DNA of 16,896 bases from Gemmatimonadota bacterium (GTDB taxonomy: Bacteria; Gemmatimonadota; Gemmatimonadetes; Longimicrobiales; Gaopeijiaceae): NCBI GenBank assembly GCA_039589315.1, contig JBDHHQ010000131.1, positions 1 to 16,896 of the forward strand. Reading direction: 5' to 3'. The notes beneath the pieces were generated by a model that saw only the letters and a list, made by a program, of their open reading frames with translations, was not told the DNA's origin and made no database searches. Positions 1-9,605 of the stretch are shown piece after piece (the stretch's first letter is position 1; the number at the start of each line of letters is the position of its first letter). A program made the translations under genes and the position numbers.

Positions 1-111
1 GTCGACGGAGACGATCTCAGTGACGTGGCGGATCTGCGTTATCAGCTAGTAACGGCGATCGCGGCGGTCCTGTCTGCGGCTAAACGTGAGTCAGTTGAAC
101 GAGCGGTCCTA
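1..111 (+). pseudogene. Fragment of a CDS entering from the left edge and interrupted by the IS630 element; possibly DUF6946-like
   Basis: Frame 1 is open from base 1: VDGDDLSDVADLRYQLVTAIAAVLSAAKRESVERAVL. Removing the IS and one TA continues it as VEHGVDHQEFPCMMNRIVG* (1595-1654). The LRYQL...A...R...AVL pattern recalls DUF6946 proteins (from memory, not searched). Confidence 0.45.
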
Positions 112-138
112 GTGCACTAACCCAAAAGTTCTGGTACA
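109..138 (+). repeat. Left terminal inverted repeat of the IS (including target CTA)
   Basis: CTAGTGCACTAACCCAAAAGTTCTGGTACA versus reverse complement of 1566-1595, CTAGTGCAACGCCCCATAAGTAGTGGTACA: 23/30 identical by hand count. Confidence 0.9.
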
Positions 139-169
139 TGCTGACATCATTCAGTATGATGTTGGCATG
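137..169 (+). promoter_or_regulatory. Transposase -10 box (TATGAT 155-160) inside a 14-bp hairpin that sequesters the ATG
   Basis: CATGCTGACATCAT-TCAGT-ATGATGTTGGCATG pairs 137-150 with 156-169 (two G:U). The ATG at 167-169 is in the 3' arm, 6 nt after TATGAT. No SD is visible. Confidence 0.65.
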
Positions 170-1252
170 GGTGTACGGGTGTCGCAATCCGAAGCTCGGG
201 AGCTGGAGCGCATCGTCCGAGAGCAGCGGGGTGAAGCACGGCTCTACCGACGGGCCCGGATGGTGCTTCTCGCAGCTTCGGGCGCGTCGATCTCGTCCAT
301 CGCGCGCCAGACCGGAACGAACCGAACCCGCGTAGGCGAGTGGCTTCGCCGGTTCGAAACGGCTGGCGTAGAGGGGCTGGTAGACCAGCCCAGGAGCGGC
401 CGGCCACCCGAGGTCACGGCTCTGGAGCGACATCAGGTGATTGCGGCGGCATGCGAGAAGCCGAGCGCGTTCGGGCTGGATCGTGCCGTGTGGAGCCATG
501 AGAGTCTGGCCGAGGCGCTCGAGAGCAGCGGACGCGTGCGCGCGGTCAGCAGCAGCACGGTGGGCCGCATTCTGGCGGAAGCGGAGATCAAGCCGCACCG
601 TGTGAAGACGTGGTGTCACAGCACGGACCCGGATTACCAGGCCAAGATGCGGGCGATCGTGGACCTCTACGTCTCTCCGCCGGCGGGCGAGCCCGTGCTG
701 AGCATCGACGAGAAGAGCGGCATCCAGGCGCTCTCGAGGTCGAGGCCCATGGTCCCCCCGTCGCCGGGGCGTCGAGCTCGCTACGAGTTCGAGTATCGCA
801 GGAATGGGACCCGGTGTCTGTTTGGCTGCTTCAACATCCGAACGGGCAAGGTGCTGGGACGGTGCACGGTTCAGCGGACGCGCGAGGACTTCCTCTCGTT
901 CATGGACTGGGTGGCCCAGCGCTACCGCCAGCGGCGGGTGCACGTGGTGCTCGACAACCTGAACACGCACAAGGACACCACGCGGGGGGCGTTCATGACG
1001 GAGTGGAACCAGGCCCACGGCGAGCGCTTCGTGTTCCACTACACGCCGACGCACGGCTCCTGGCTCAACCAGGTCGAACTGTGGTTCAGCATCCTGAGCC
1101 GCCGGGTGCTACGCTACGGTGACTTCCATACCCCCGACGAGCTGGTGCGTACGATCGAGGCGTTCGTGCGGCGCTGGAACCGCGGCCACGCCAAGCCGTT
1201 TCGCTGGACCTACGAGGGACGCCCGTTGGTGAGCACGGGAAAGCACGGATGA
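167..1252 (+). CDS. IS630-family DDE transposase (361 aa)
   Basis: N-terminal HTH with GLVDQPRSGRP; catalytic motifs SIDEKSGIQAL, VVLDNLNTHK and HYTPTHGSWLNQVELWFSIL; C-terminal KPFRWTY. Single uninterrupted frame. Confidence 0.96.
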   Translation: MGVRVSQSEARELERIVREQRGEARLYRRARMVLLAASGASISSIARQTGTNRTRVGEWLRRFETAGVEGLVDQPRSGRPPEVTALERHQVIAAACEKPSAFGLDRAVWSHESLAEALESSGRVRAVSSSTVGRILAEAEIKPHRVKTWCHSTDPDYQAKMRAIVDLYVSPPAGEPVLSIDEKSGIQALSRSRPMVPPSPGRRARYEFEYRRNGTRCLFGCFNIRTGKVLGRCTVQRTREDFLSFMDWVAQRYRQRRVHVVLDNLNTHKDTTRGAFMTEWNQAHGERFVFHYTPTHGSWLNQVELWFSILSRRVLRYGDFHTPDELVRTIEAFVRRWNRGHAKPFRWTYEGRPLVSTGKHG

Positions 1253-1563
1253 AAGACCCACGGCGCGAGGCCCGCAAGGCGCGACTGGAACAACTGCTCT
1301 CCAGCAAACCGCTGACCCAGGGCATGTACGTCCGACTCTGGGGCGATCATCTGATCATCGGTCGGTACGAGCCGCTCGGGCCCGACGGCGAACGCGAAGC
1401 CGACGACCGCCTCAGACTCACCGCCCGAACTGCATCCGCCTTCGGTCTCAGCGTCCGCCGGCACACCGGACGATGGGAGAAGACCCCCTTCACGGGCACC
1501 CTCGACGAGCTCGCTGACGTCATCTGGACCTACATGCAGCATATTGTCACTCCCTACCCATGA
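1249..1563 (+). CDS. IS passenger protein of unknown function (104 aa)
   Basis: ATGA overlap with the transposase stop. Its own stop ends 2 nt before the right inverted repeat, so it lies wholly inside the IS. Globular-looking sequence (FGLSVRRHTGRWEKTPFTGTLDEL). Confidence 0.75.
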   Translation: MKDPRREARKARLEQLLSSKPLTQGMYVRLWGDHLIIGRYEPLGPDGEREADDRLRLTARTASAFGLSVRRHTGRWEKTPFTGTLDELADVIWTYMQHIVTPYP

Positions 1564-1565
1564 CC

Positions 1566-1595
1566 TGTACCACTACTTATGGGGCGTTGCACTAG
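1566..1595 (-). repeat. Right terminal inverted repeat of the IS (including target TAG)
   Basis: Reverse complement matches 109-138 at 23/30 positions. Confidence 0.9.
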
Positions 1596-1701
1596 TAGAG
1601 CACGGAGTCGATCATCAGGAGTTTCCTTGCATGATGAACCGCATCGTAGGTTGAGCGCCCCGAATTTGTCGTACCCGCTACTCGACGGTCAGTGTCCCCG
1701 C

Positions 1702-2217
1702 CTACGTTACTCCTCCAGCTCGTGGAGCTGGCTTTCGTGACTGAACGTTGATCCCACGAAGCGCCTGGCTGATGTTTGCGATAAGCGCGGTTACGTAGAG
1801 TGCCGGCGCGTTGTCCACGGAGAGTCCGGTGACCACCACGAGCAACGCGGACTGCTCTACGATCTCCAGAGCCGTCACGACGGCGACTGCGAGTCGATCT
1901 GGGTCGATCACGTCCTTCACCGGCTGGTAGGCCCTCACGAACGACACGATGATGCCGTTGTCGAACACGAGGAAGGCTGCGGCAGATAGGCGCCAAAGGA
2001 GCGCGGAGTCGATTCCGAACCCGGCGATACCCACCGGGAGCAGCGCAGCTACGACCCCGGCGACCGCGCTGGAGATGACCAATCGGAGGCGTAGGAGGTC
2101 GTGAATGGCCTCCGCGAATTGGTCTGAGCGTCTCCGGAGCACACTGACCAACGCGGCGAAGCCAGCGAACGCAGCACAAATCTCGGCGAGGGCTAAGAGC
2201 GTTTCGGTTGCCGGCAT
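1702..2217 (-). CDS. Hypothetical integral membrane protein (~5 TM), probable last gene of the cfa operon; possible frameshift near the 3' end
   Basis: GGGGAG SD upstream of the ATG, 24 bp after the preceding stop; several hydrophobic segments. After ANISQA the annotated tail is atypical, while an alternative frame reads RFVGSTFSHESQLHELEE* (1763-1707). Confidence 0.75.
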   Translation of the reverse strand: MPATETLLALAEICAAFAGFAALVSVLRRRSDQFAEAIHDLLRLRLVISSAVAGVVAALLPVGIAGFGIDSALLWRLSAAAFLVFDNGIIVSFVRAYQPVKDVIDPDRLAVAVVTALEIVEQSALLVVVTGLSVDNAPALYVTALIANISQALRGINVQSRKPAPRAGGVT

Positions 2218-2241
2218 GTCAGCTCCCCAGTGGGTAACGGG

Positions 2242-3255
2242 TTATTTCTCGACCGGGGCGAGGAGGTAGTGTCCTACGAACCATTCGGACCCGTCCCGGA
2301 ATCCAAACAGCTCCTCGCACGCGAGGAAGAAGAGTCGCCAACGCTGGAACCAGCGCTCGGCGTCCTTTCCGTAGGTGGCTCTCAGAACCGCCATGACCTC
2401 GTCGCGCCGTTCTTCGATGTTCTCACGCCAAGCCCGAGCGGTTCGTTCGTAGTGCGTACCGTGGACCTGCCAGTCGACTGCCACCTGGAGGTGGTCGGGG
2501 AAGTGGGTGAACAGGTCGAAGCACGGCATGATGCCACCCGTGAAGAAGTGACGCCCCATCCAGTTGTCTGAGCCTTCGGTCTCGTACGGATACGCGAATT
2601 CCCTGTGGCAGAAGATGTGGACGAACAGTCGACCGTCCGGGCGGAGCCACGACGCAACGCGGCTCAGCAGCTCCTTGTAGTTCCTCATGTGTTCGAACAT
2701 CTCCACACTTACGACCCGATCATACGTCTCGTCGAGTGTGAGGTCGTTCATGTCTGCGGTGATCACACGAAGGTTCTTCGGGGCTCGTGCCTCGATATAG
2801 CGCCGCTGAGGAGCAGAGTTCGAGACCGCTGTGATGCGGCTGTTTGGAAAGGCCTCCGCCATATACAACGTGAGTGATCCCCAGCCGCAACCCAACTCCA
2901 GAATGTCCTGTCCGTCTTCGAGATCAGCGCGCTCGCACGTGAGGGCGAGCATGGCGATCTCTGCAGCCTCCAGCGTGTCCACGCCGACCGGCCAATAGGC
3001 ACCACTGTATTTGAGCTTGGGACCGAGCGCGAGTTGGAAGAACTCGGGTGGGACCTCGTAGTGCTGCTCATTGGCCTTGTCCGGGGAGATCGCGAGCGGG
3101 CTCATGGCGAGGTCCCGCGCGAAGGACTGAACGTCCGGCGCGGACCGTGCGTCGCGCAGGCGCTGTCGAACAAGACCACGAACGCCCATGCGGAGGCCCG
3201 GGAGCGGAACCAGCCCCCGCTCCGCGAGTTCGATGCCGAAGTTGCCCATCGTCAT
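2242..3255 (-). CDS. SAM-dependent methyltransferase, short CFA/CMAS-like subfamily (337 aa)
   Basis: Motifs ANEQHYEVP, KYSGAYW, ILELGCGWGSL, VVSVEMFEHMRNY, FFTGGIMP and RWRLFFLACEELFG. Start reassigned to ATG 3255 (GAGGTGG SD; ATGA overlap with the cfa stop). Confidence 0.92.
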   Translation of the reverse strand: MTMGNFGIELAERGLVPLPGLRMGVRGLVRQRLRDARSAPDVQSFARDLAMSPLAISPDKANEQHYEVPPEFFQLALGPKLKYSGAYWPVGVDTLEAAEIAMLALTCERADLEDGQDILELGCGWGSLTLYMAEAFPNSRITAVSNSAPQRRYIEARAPKNLRVITADMNDLTLDETYDRVVSVEMFEHMRNYKELLSRVASWLRPDGRLFVHIFCHREFAYPYETEGSDNWMGRHFFTGGIMPCFDLFTHFPDHLQVAVDWQVHGTHYERTARAWRENIEERRDEVMAVLRATYGKDAERWFQRWRLFFLACEELFGFRDGSEWFVGHYLLAPVEK

Positions 3256-4487
3256 GCGACCACCTCGATGCGATCGTGTTGACGTGTGTCGATCACACCC
3301 TTGTTGGCCGGCTTCGCCCACACGATTTGAGTGCATCCGAGAATGGCCTCATCGAAGCCTCCTTCGCAGTAGCAGAAGTAGAAGTCCCACAGTCTGCGAA
3401 ACTGCTCGTCGAAGCCGAGCTGGTTGATTCGGGGCCAGTTTGTCATGAATTCGCGCCTCCAGCGGCGAAGTGTCTCAGCGTAGTGCGGCGTTTGGTCCTC
3501 GAAGTGGATGATGCGCATGTCGGTGGTTCCCGCGGCACTGCTGAGGGCCGTAACGGATGGAATGAAGCTTCCTGGGAAGATGTAGCGCTTGATGAAGTCG
3601 ACTTGGCGCTGCTTCGGGTCGTACCAGTCGTCACGCACCGTGATCGCCTGGATGGCTGCTCGACCGTGAGGCGCAAGCAGTTCCGCACATTTCTGGAAAT
3701 ACTCTTCCAGGAACTGGTGACCGACTGCCTCGATCATCTCGATCGAGACGAGTTTGTCGTATTCGCCCTCCAAGTCGCGGTAGTCTCTGAGGAGCACGGT
3801 TACACGGTCGGAGAGCCCAGCGGCGGCTACGCGTTCCGTGGCGAGTCGGTGCTGTTCTCGGGAAATGGTCGTCGTCGTCACACGACAGCCATACGTGCTT
3901 GCAGCGTGAACGGCGAACCCGCCCCACCCGGTCCCGATCTCGAGGAGGTGGTCCTCGTTGGACAGCTCGAGCTTCTGACACAGGCGGTCATACTTGTGGA
4001 TGGACGCCTCCCTCATGGACGCCTCCTCGTCGGGGAAGATCCCGCACGAGTACGTCATGGTGTCATCCAGAAAGAGCTCGAAGAACTCGTTCCCGAGGTC
4101 GTAATGGGCGCTGATGTTGCGGGCGCTTCCAGATCGGGTGTTCCGGTTCCAGACACGCAGCAGAGCAAGGAAGGGTTGGGAAAGACGGGCCCAACCCTTC
4201 TCGAGGCCGTCGAGCGCCTCACGATTCGCCGCGAATAGGCGCATGACCGAGGGGAGGTCGCTGGTCGTCCATTCGCCCCGCACGTACGACTCCGCAGCAC
4301 CGATGTGGCCGCCGAAAGTCAGTGCTCGGAAGAAGTAGGGATCCTTGACGTGCATCGTCGCGGAGGGCCCACGGCCGGAACCGTAGCTGGTCGTGAACCC
4401 ATTGAACGTCAGGTACAGTCGACCCACGCTCAAACGGTTCATGCTTGCGTGTACGGCCCTTCGCGACAGGTGATCCAAGATGTTCAT
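3252..4487 (-). CDS. cfa: Cyclopropane-fatty-acyl-phospholipid synthase family methyltransferase (UfaM-like, 411 aa)
   Basis: Motifs NISAHYDLGNEFF, TMTYSC, LLEIGTGWGG, VSIEMIEAVG, DFIKRYIFPG and RLWDFYFCYCEGGF. Start reassigned to ATG 4487 (ATGA overlap with the DUF1365 stop). Confidence 0.93.
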   Translation of the reverse strand: MNILDHLSRRAVHASMNRLSVGRLYLTFNGFTTSYGSGRGPSATMHVKDPYFFRALTFGGHIGAAESYVRGEWTTSDLPSVMRLFAANREALDGLEKGWARLSQPFLALLRVWNRNTRSGSARNISAHYDLGNEFFELFLDDTMTYSCGIFPDEEASMREASIHKYDRLCQKLELSNEDHLLEIGTGWGGFAVHAASTYGCRVTTTTISREQHRLATERVAAAGLSDRVTVLLRDYRDLEGEYDKLVSIEMIEAVGHQFLEEYFQKCAELLAPHGRAAIQAITVRDDWYDPKQRQVDFIKRYIFPGSFIPSVTALSSAAGTTDMRIIHFEDQTPHYAETLRRWRREFMTNWPRINQLGFDEQFRRLWDFYFCYCEGGFDEAILGCTQIVWAKPANKGVIDTRQHDRIEVVA

Positions 4488-5242
4488 GCGGCGAGTTTGT
4501 TTGGGTGAGCGTGATACGGAACGCCCTTGAGCCGCAGCTTGAGGGCCTGCCAGTAGATGCCGACTGCGACGCGTGCGGTCATGAGTGGGAACCTGACCAG
4601 CGCCTGGGCGAGGGATGGTCCCGTGATCTCGGAGCGGCGCAGGTTGAGCGATGCGTCGAACACCTTGGTTGTGCCCTCGTGGTTCTCCATGTGCACGCGG
4701 AGAGCCCCGCCGGGCTCGTTGAAGCGCCATGCGTACTGCTGGGACATGGGCATGAACGGCGAGATGTGGAAGGTCTTGTCGAACCGGTACGTGTGGTCCG
4801 CGTGTACGCTGTCTCGCCTGACGGCGGTCAGCGCGTACCGGTGGCGTTCCTTCCACGGTGTATTCGTGATCTCAGCGAGGATGACGTCCAGCTCCTCGCC
4901 TCCAGGCCGGAAGCAGTAGTAGAAGGTCACAGGGTTCATGACCACGCCCATGTAACGGAGGTGGGTGAGCATGCGAATGGGCCCCGTCGGGCGGCGTCCC
5001 GTGAGCCGCAGGGCCTCGGACCGGACCGCTTCGCTCAGGTCGTCCTTGCCTTGTCCGAGGTAGTCCGCGGCACGGAACCAGGCCGGGGCAGGGCCCTGCG
5101 AGGACCAGAACCAGCGGCCCTCGAACACCGTCGAGAGTTCCGCCAAGTCGAGGTACATCATGTAGAGCGGAATCGTGAAGTCGTGCGGAATCGGGCCGAA
5201 ACGTCGGTGCCGAACGATGCCTTCGTAGATGCAGCTGTTCAC
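4484..5242 (-). CDS. DUF1365 family protein (UfaO-like candidate)
   Basis: Motifs VRHRRFGP, MNPVTFYYC, AEITNTPWKERHRY, KTFHISPFM and IYWQALKLRLKG. GTG start overlaps the upstream TGA (GTGA). Typical position between the FAD oxidoreductase and cfa. Confidence 0.92.
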   Translation of the reverse strand: MNSCIYEGIVRHRRFGPIPHDFTIPLYMMYLDLAELSTVFEGRWFWSSQGPAPAWFRAADYLGQGKDDLSEAVRSEALRLTGRRPTGPIRMLTHLRYMGVVMNPVTFYYCFRPGGEELDVILAEITNTPWKERHRYALTAVRRDSVHADHTYRFDKTFHISPFMPMSQQYAWRFNEPGGALRVHMENHEGTTKVFDASLNLRRSEITGPSLAQALVRFPLMTARVAVGIYWQALKLRLKGVPYHAHPNKLAA

Positions 5243-6426
5243 AGCCTCCCCCCGAACCGCTTGGCGACGTCTACCGCGCTGCGCACGCCGTCCTCATGGA
5301 AGCCGAAGCCCCAGTACGCCCCGCAGTAATGCGTGTGGCCGTGTCCGCTGATTTCCCCGTGGCGCGCGCGGGCAGCCGCCCCGGCCAGGGTGTACATCGG
5401 GTGACTGAAGCGGCTTCGGTGAAGAACGGTCTCAGGTCTGATAGAGTCCGTGGCGTTGAGCGTCACGCAGTACGTCGCTTCGGTCTTCAGCGTCTGCAAC
5501 CTGTTCATGTTGTACGTCACCGTCGCTGGCGCCTCGGCGTCTGCGCCCACCCGATAGTTCCACGACGCCCACGCGCGTCGACTGCGCGGCAGTACCGCGG
5601 TGTCGGTATGGAGCACCACTTCGTTGTCCTGGAAGGGAAGGGCGCCGAGGACCTCTCGCTCCGCGCGACTCGGGTCAGCGAGGAGTGAGAGAGCTTGCAC
5701 CGATACGTGGGCGTGATGTCGTTGGACACGCCGCACGGGAGTGGACGTGCGAATGTGTTGGCGGAAGGGTGCCACGAGGGCATCGACATAACGTCCGGAT
5801 CCTCCCGAGATCACCCTCCACTCAGGTTGATCGTTCACGGTCAGCATGCCGTGGTTCTCGAAGAACCGGACGAAGAAGGCGGCTGGCATCTCCAAGACGC
5901 GTCCCCTAGGGACTGACCAGAGCGCCGATCCCATGGGCATCAGGTAGTCTCGGGCCAGACGGGGCGAGAGGTTCGTCGTCGAGAGGTACTCCCCCAGCGT
6001 GAGCGACGCTGCGCCGTTTTGCACGGCCTGTGCCGCATTCTTGTTGAAGCGGAGGATGTCTCGCAGCATCCGCACGTAACCCGGGTTCAGCAGGTTTCGG
6101 CGTTGCGCGAAGAGCGTAGAGAGGGTGGCGCTGCTGTATTCGAGACCGGTCGGTTCGCTGCGGACCCCAAAACTCATGTCCGAGGGCTGCGTCGGCACGC
6201 CGAGTTGCTCGATCAGCTTGGTGAAGAGGGGGTAGTTCGTCTCGTTGTAGACGATGAAGCCGGTATCGATGGAGCGCGTGTGGCCGGCCTCGTCCTCGAC
6301 TTCAATCGTGTTGACATGCCCACCAATGCGGTCTCGTGCTTCGAACACCGAGATTTCGTGGCGGTCCTGCAGAAGATGAGCCGTGACGAGTCCGGAGACT
6401 CCCGACCCGATGATCGCGATGCGCAT
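5239..6426 (-). CDS. FAD-dependent oxidoreductase, COG2907-like (UfaD-like candidate, 395 aa), with an apparent in-frame deletion near 5697/5698
   Basis: Rossmann motif MRIAIIGSGVSGL; IDTGFIVYNETNYP; RAWASWNY; YCGAYWGFGFHEDG. GAGG SD before ATG 6426. The sequence jumps VSV|QALSLL without the usual FDxVxxAxHxD segment. Confidence 0.9.
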   Translation of the reverse strand: MRIAIIGSGVSGLVTAHLLQDRHEISVFEARDRIGGHVNTIEVEDEAGHTRSIDTGFIVYNETNYPLFTKLIEQLGVPTQPSDMSFGVRSEPTGLEYSSATLSTLFAQRRNLLNPGYVRMLRDILRFNKNAAQAVQNGAASLTLGEYLSTTNLSPRLARDYLMPMGSALWSVPRGRVLEMPAAFFVRFFENHGMLTVNDQPEWRVISGGSGRYVDALVAPFRQHIRTSTPVRRVQRHHAHVSVQALSLLADPSRAEREVLGALPFQDNEVVLHTDTAVLPRSRRAWASWNYRVGADAEAPATVTYNMNRLQTLKTEATYCVTLNATDSIRPETVLHRSRFSHPMYTLAGAAARARHGEISGHGHTHYCGAYWGFGFHEDGVRSAVDVAKRFGGRL

Positions 6427-6473
6427 GAGTGGATCCTCGTGGTGGAGCGGCCCATCTGTGAGGGCGAAGTGAT

Positions 6474-6533
6474 TGTCTAACTGTTGTCGAAGTATAATTG
6501 GCACAATCTTGACGCTTGTCAAGGACGTGCCGA
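6474..6533 (-). promoter_or_regulatory. Promoter and predicted CarH operator of the oxidoreductase-DUF1365-cfa operon
   Basis: Minus strand: TCGGCA(6533-28)-N5-TTGACA(6522-17)-N11-TGTGCC-aattatact-TCGACA(6490-85)-N5-TAGACA(6479-74). The -10 is either AATTAT (17-bp spacer) or TATACT (20-bp spacer). Confidence 0.75.
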
Positions 6534-6541
6534 GGTATTAT

Positions 6542-6576
6542 TTGACAAGACTTAGACAGAGCCCTACGTTTTCTCT
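6542..6576 (+). promoter_or_regulatory. Sigma70-type promoter of carH1 with a two-repeat operator; leaderless
   Basis: TTGACA(6542-47)-N17-TACGTT(6565-70)-N6-ATG. A second repeat, TAGACA (6553-58), starts 11 bp after the -35 start. No SD. Confidence 0.75.
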
Positions 6577-7496
6577 ATGAAGAACACAACTGAAGCGCGG
6601 CACCCGATCCGGGTCGTTTCCCAACGAACAGGCCTGACGTCCGCGACCATCCGAGCTTGGGAACGGAGGTACGACGCCGTCGATCCTGCTCGGTCGGATG
6701 GAGGGCAGCGCCTGTACTCCGATCAGGATGTGTCTCATTTACGCACACTCAAGGCGCTTACCGACGCCGGACGTAGCATCAGTACTGTGGCCGGTTTGTC
6801 GCGGGGTGACGCTGAGGCGCTCCTGACCGAAGACCTCTCGGCACCCGGGGCGCCGGTTCCGGCCGGTTCGGGCGGGTCGCCCGCCGACCGAGTTGTCGAG
6901 GCGTACGAGCGAGCGCGGCGGCTCGACGCACCGGGCCTGGAACGCGGGCTATGGGCGGCTCTAGTGACGCACGGGGCGCGTGCGTTTCTAACTGATGTCG
7001 CTGGACCACTCATGAGCCGCATTGGGGACGGGTGGGAGTCCGGAGACATCACGCCAGGGCACGAACACCTGGCGAGTGAGGTCCTCGAGCAGCTCCTCGA
7101 CCGGCTCGTGGATCGGGTTCGTGCCCCGGGGGCGCCCACGATGGTCGTCTCGACTCTTCCGGGTGAGCGTCATGGCCTCGGCGCTCGCCTGGCGAGCGCC
7201 GCAGCGAGCCTGGACGGTTGGAACGTTCTGTACTTGGGCACGGACCTCCCGGTGGAAGAGGTGGCCCTGGCGGCGGAGACGCTCGCTGCGGAGGGTGTTG
7301 CCATCAGTGTCGTGCGGGGGGCACCGGCGGAGTCGAGCGCTCGGGACCTCGCGCGGCTGCGCGAGAAGCTCGACGCTCACACGCGACTCTTCGTGGGTGG
7401 GGGAGGGTTGGCGGACATCCCCGATGGCCTCTTGCCGCCTGGGCTGATCCAGATCGACGGCTTGGAGGGATTTGCTGAGCACCGCCCTGTAGAAGC

Positions 7497-7500
<4 letters not shown>
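6577..7500 (+). CDS. carH: CarH/LitR adenosylcobalamin-dependent photoreceptor-repressor, paralog 1 (MerR HTH + B12-binding)
   Basis: Recognition helix TIRAWERRY (RxWxxR); GQRLYS wing; W-x9-EH (WESGDITPGHEH); ExHxxG (ERHGLG); YLGTDLP; AISVV; VGG. Confidence 0.92.
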
Positions 7501-9002
<1,502 letters not shown>

Positions 9003-9043
9003 GGCAGTTTCCTTTCACGATCACCAACGAAACGCGGCTCAGC

Positions 9044-9598
9044 ATGCATCTACCGGAGTGGGCGGAACGAGGCCGCGGTCAATGGCGCTGGAACGGCTCT
9101 GAGCGACCCGCGTTCGCGGTGGTCCCGGGAGCCGGACAGGAATCCGTTTGGGACTATCCCCGGCCTCCGCGTCTGGAGCAGGTCCCGCGGACTGTGGTGG
9201 TCCGCGTGGGTGAGACCGTGATCGCGGATACCACGGCATCGGTTCGCGTGCTCGAAACCGCGAGTCCTCCCACGTACTACATCCCTCCCTCCGATGTCCG
9301 AATAGAGCTCCTGCGTCCTGCCCGTGGGGTTTCGAGGTGCGAGTGGAAGGGCACTGCCCAGTATTGGTCGGTGCGGACACAGGAGGGGGAGCGAGTGGAG
9401 GAAGCGGCATGGAGCTACTCGGAGCCTTTCCCCGACTTCGAGGAGCTCCGGAACTACCTGGCGTTCTACCCCAACCGCGTCGACTGCGAACTCGGTGGCG
9501 AGAAGGTCCGAGCGCAGCCCGGTGGATTCTACGCCGGGTGGATAACTTCGGAGCTCGTGGGCCCTTTCAAGGGCGACCCCGGCTCCGGCGGATGGTGA
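9044..9598 (+). CDS. DUF427 domain protein
   Basis: Motifs QESVWDYPRPPRLE, VLETASPPTYYIP, CEWKGTAQYW, AAWSY and QPGGFYAGWIT...GPFKG. Confidence 0.88.
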   Translation: MHLPEWAERGRGQWRWNGSERPAFAVVPGAGQESVWDYPRPPRLEQVPRTVVVRVGETVIADTTASVRVLETASPPTYYIPPSDVRIELLRPARGVSRCEWKGTAQYWSVRTQEGERVEEAAWSYSEPFPDFEELRNYLAFYPNRVDCELGGEKVRAQPGGFYAGWITSELVGPFKGDPGSGGW

Positions 9599-9605
9599 TC
9601 TCCAG

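Larger units (their letters stand above)
112..1592 (+). mobile_element. IS630-family insertion sequence (~1.48 kb) with transposase and one passenger ORF
   Basis: Flanked by TA at 110-111 and 1593-1594 (CTAG context at both ends), has imperfect terminal inverted repeats and encodes an intact DDE transposase. TA duplication is the established IS630/Tc1-mariner signature. Confidence 0.93.

Noticed and set aside
80..1054. 324-aa minus-strand ORF and the many other long overlapping ORFs (for example 3048-4238, 4445-5329, 7876-8601, 16119-16799)
   Set aside because: Antisense or alternate-frame shadows of well-supported genes in high-GC DNA; Arg/Pro/Gly-rich with no recognisable motifs.
6493..6498. 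Perfect TATAAT on the plus strand
   Set aside because: No suitably spaced -35. It coincides with the AT-rich -10 region of the minus-strand promoter, and carH1 has a better promoter at 6542-6570.
3256..6522. Longer ORF-track starts (3336, 4856, 6522; also 14480 and 15109)
   Set aside because: The extensions overlap neighbouring genes or promoters. SD sites, 4-bp stop/start overlaps and domain boundaries support 3255, 4487, 6426, 14354 and 15124.
6508..6523. Palindrome CTTGAC-N4-GTCAAG resembling an FNR/CRP-family box
   Set aside because: One half is the -35/operator repeat of the lipid operon, and the dyad is not perfectly reproduced at the other promoters. It cannot be excluded but is not supported.
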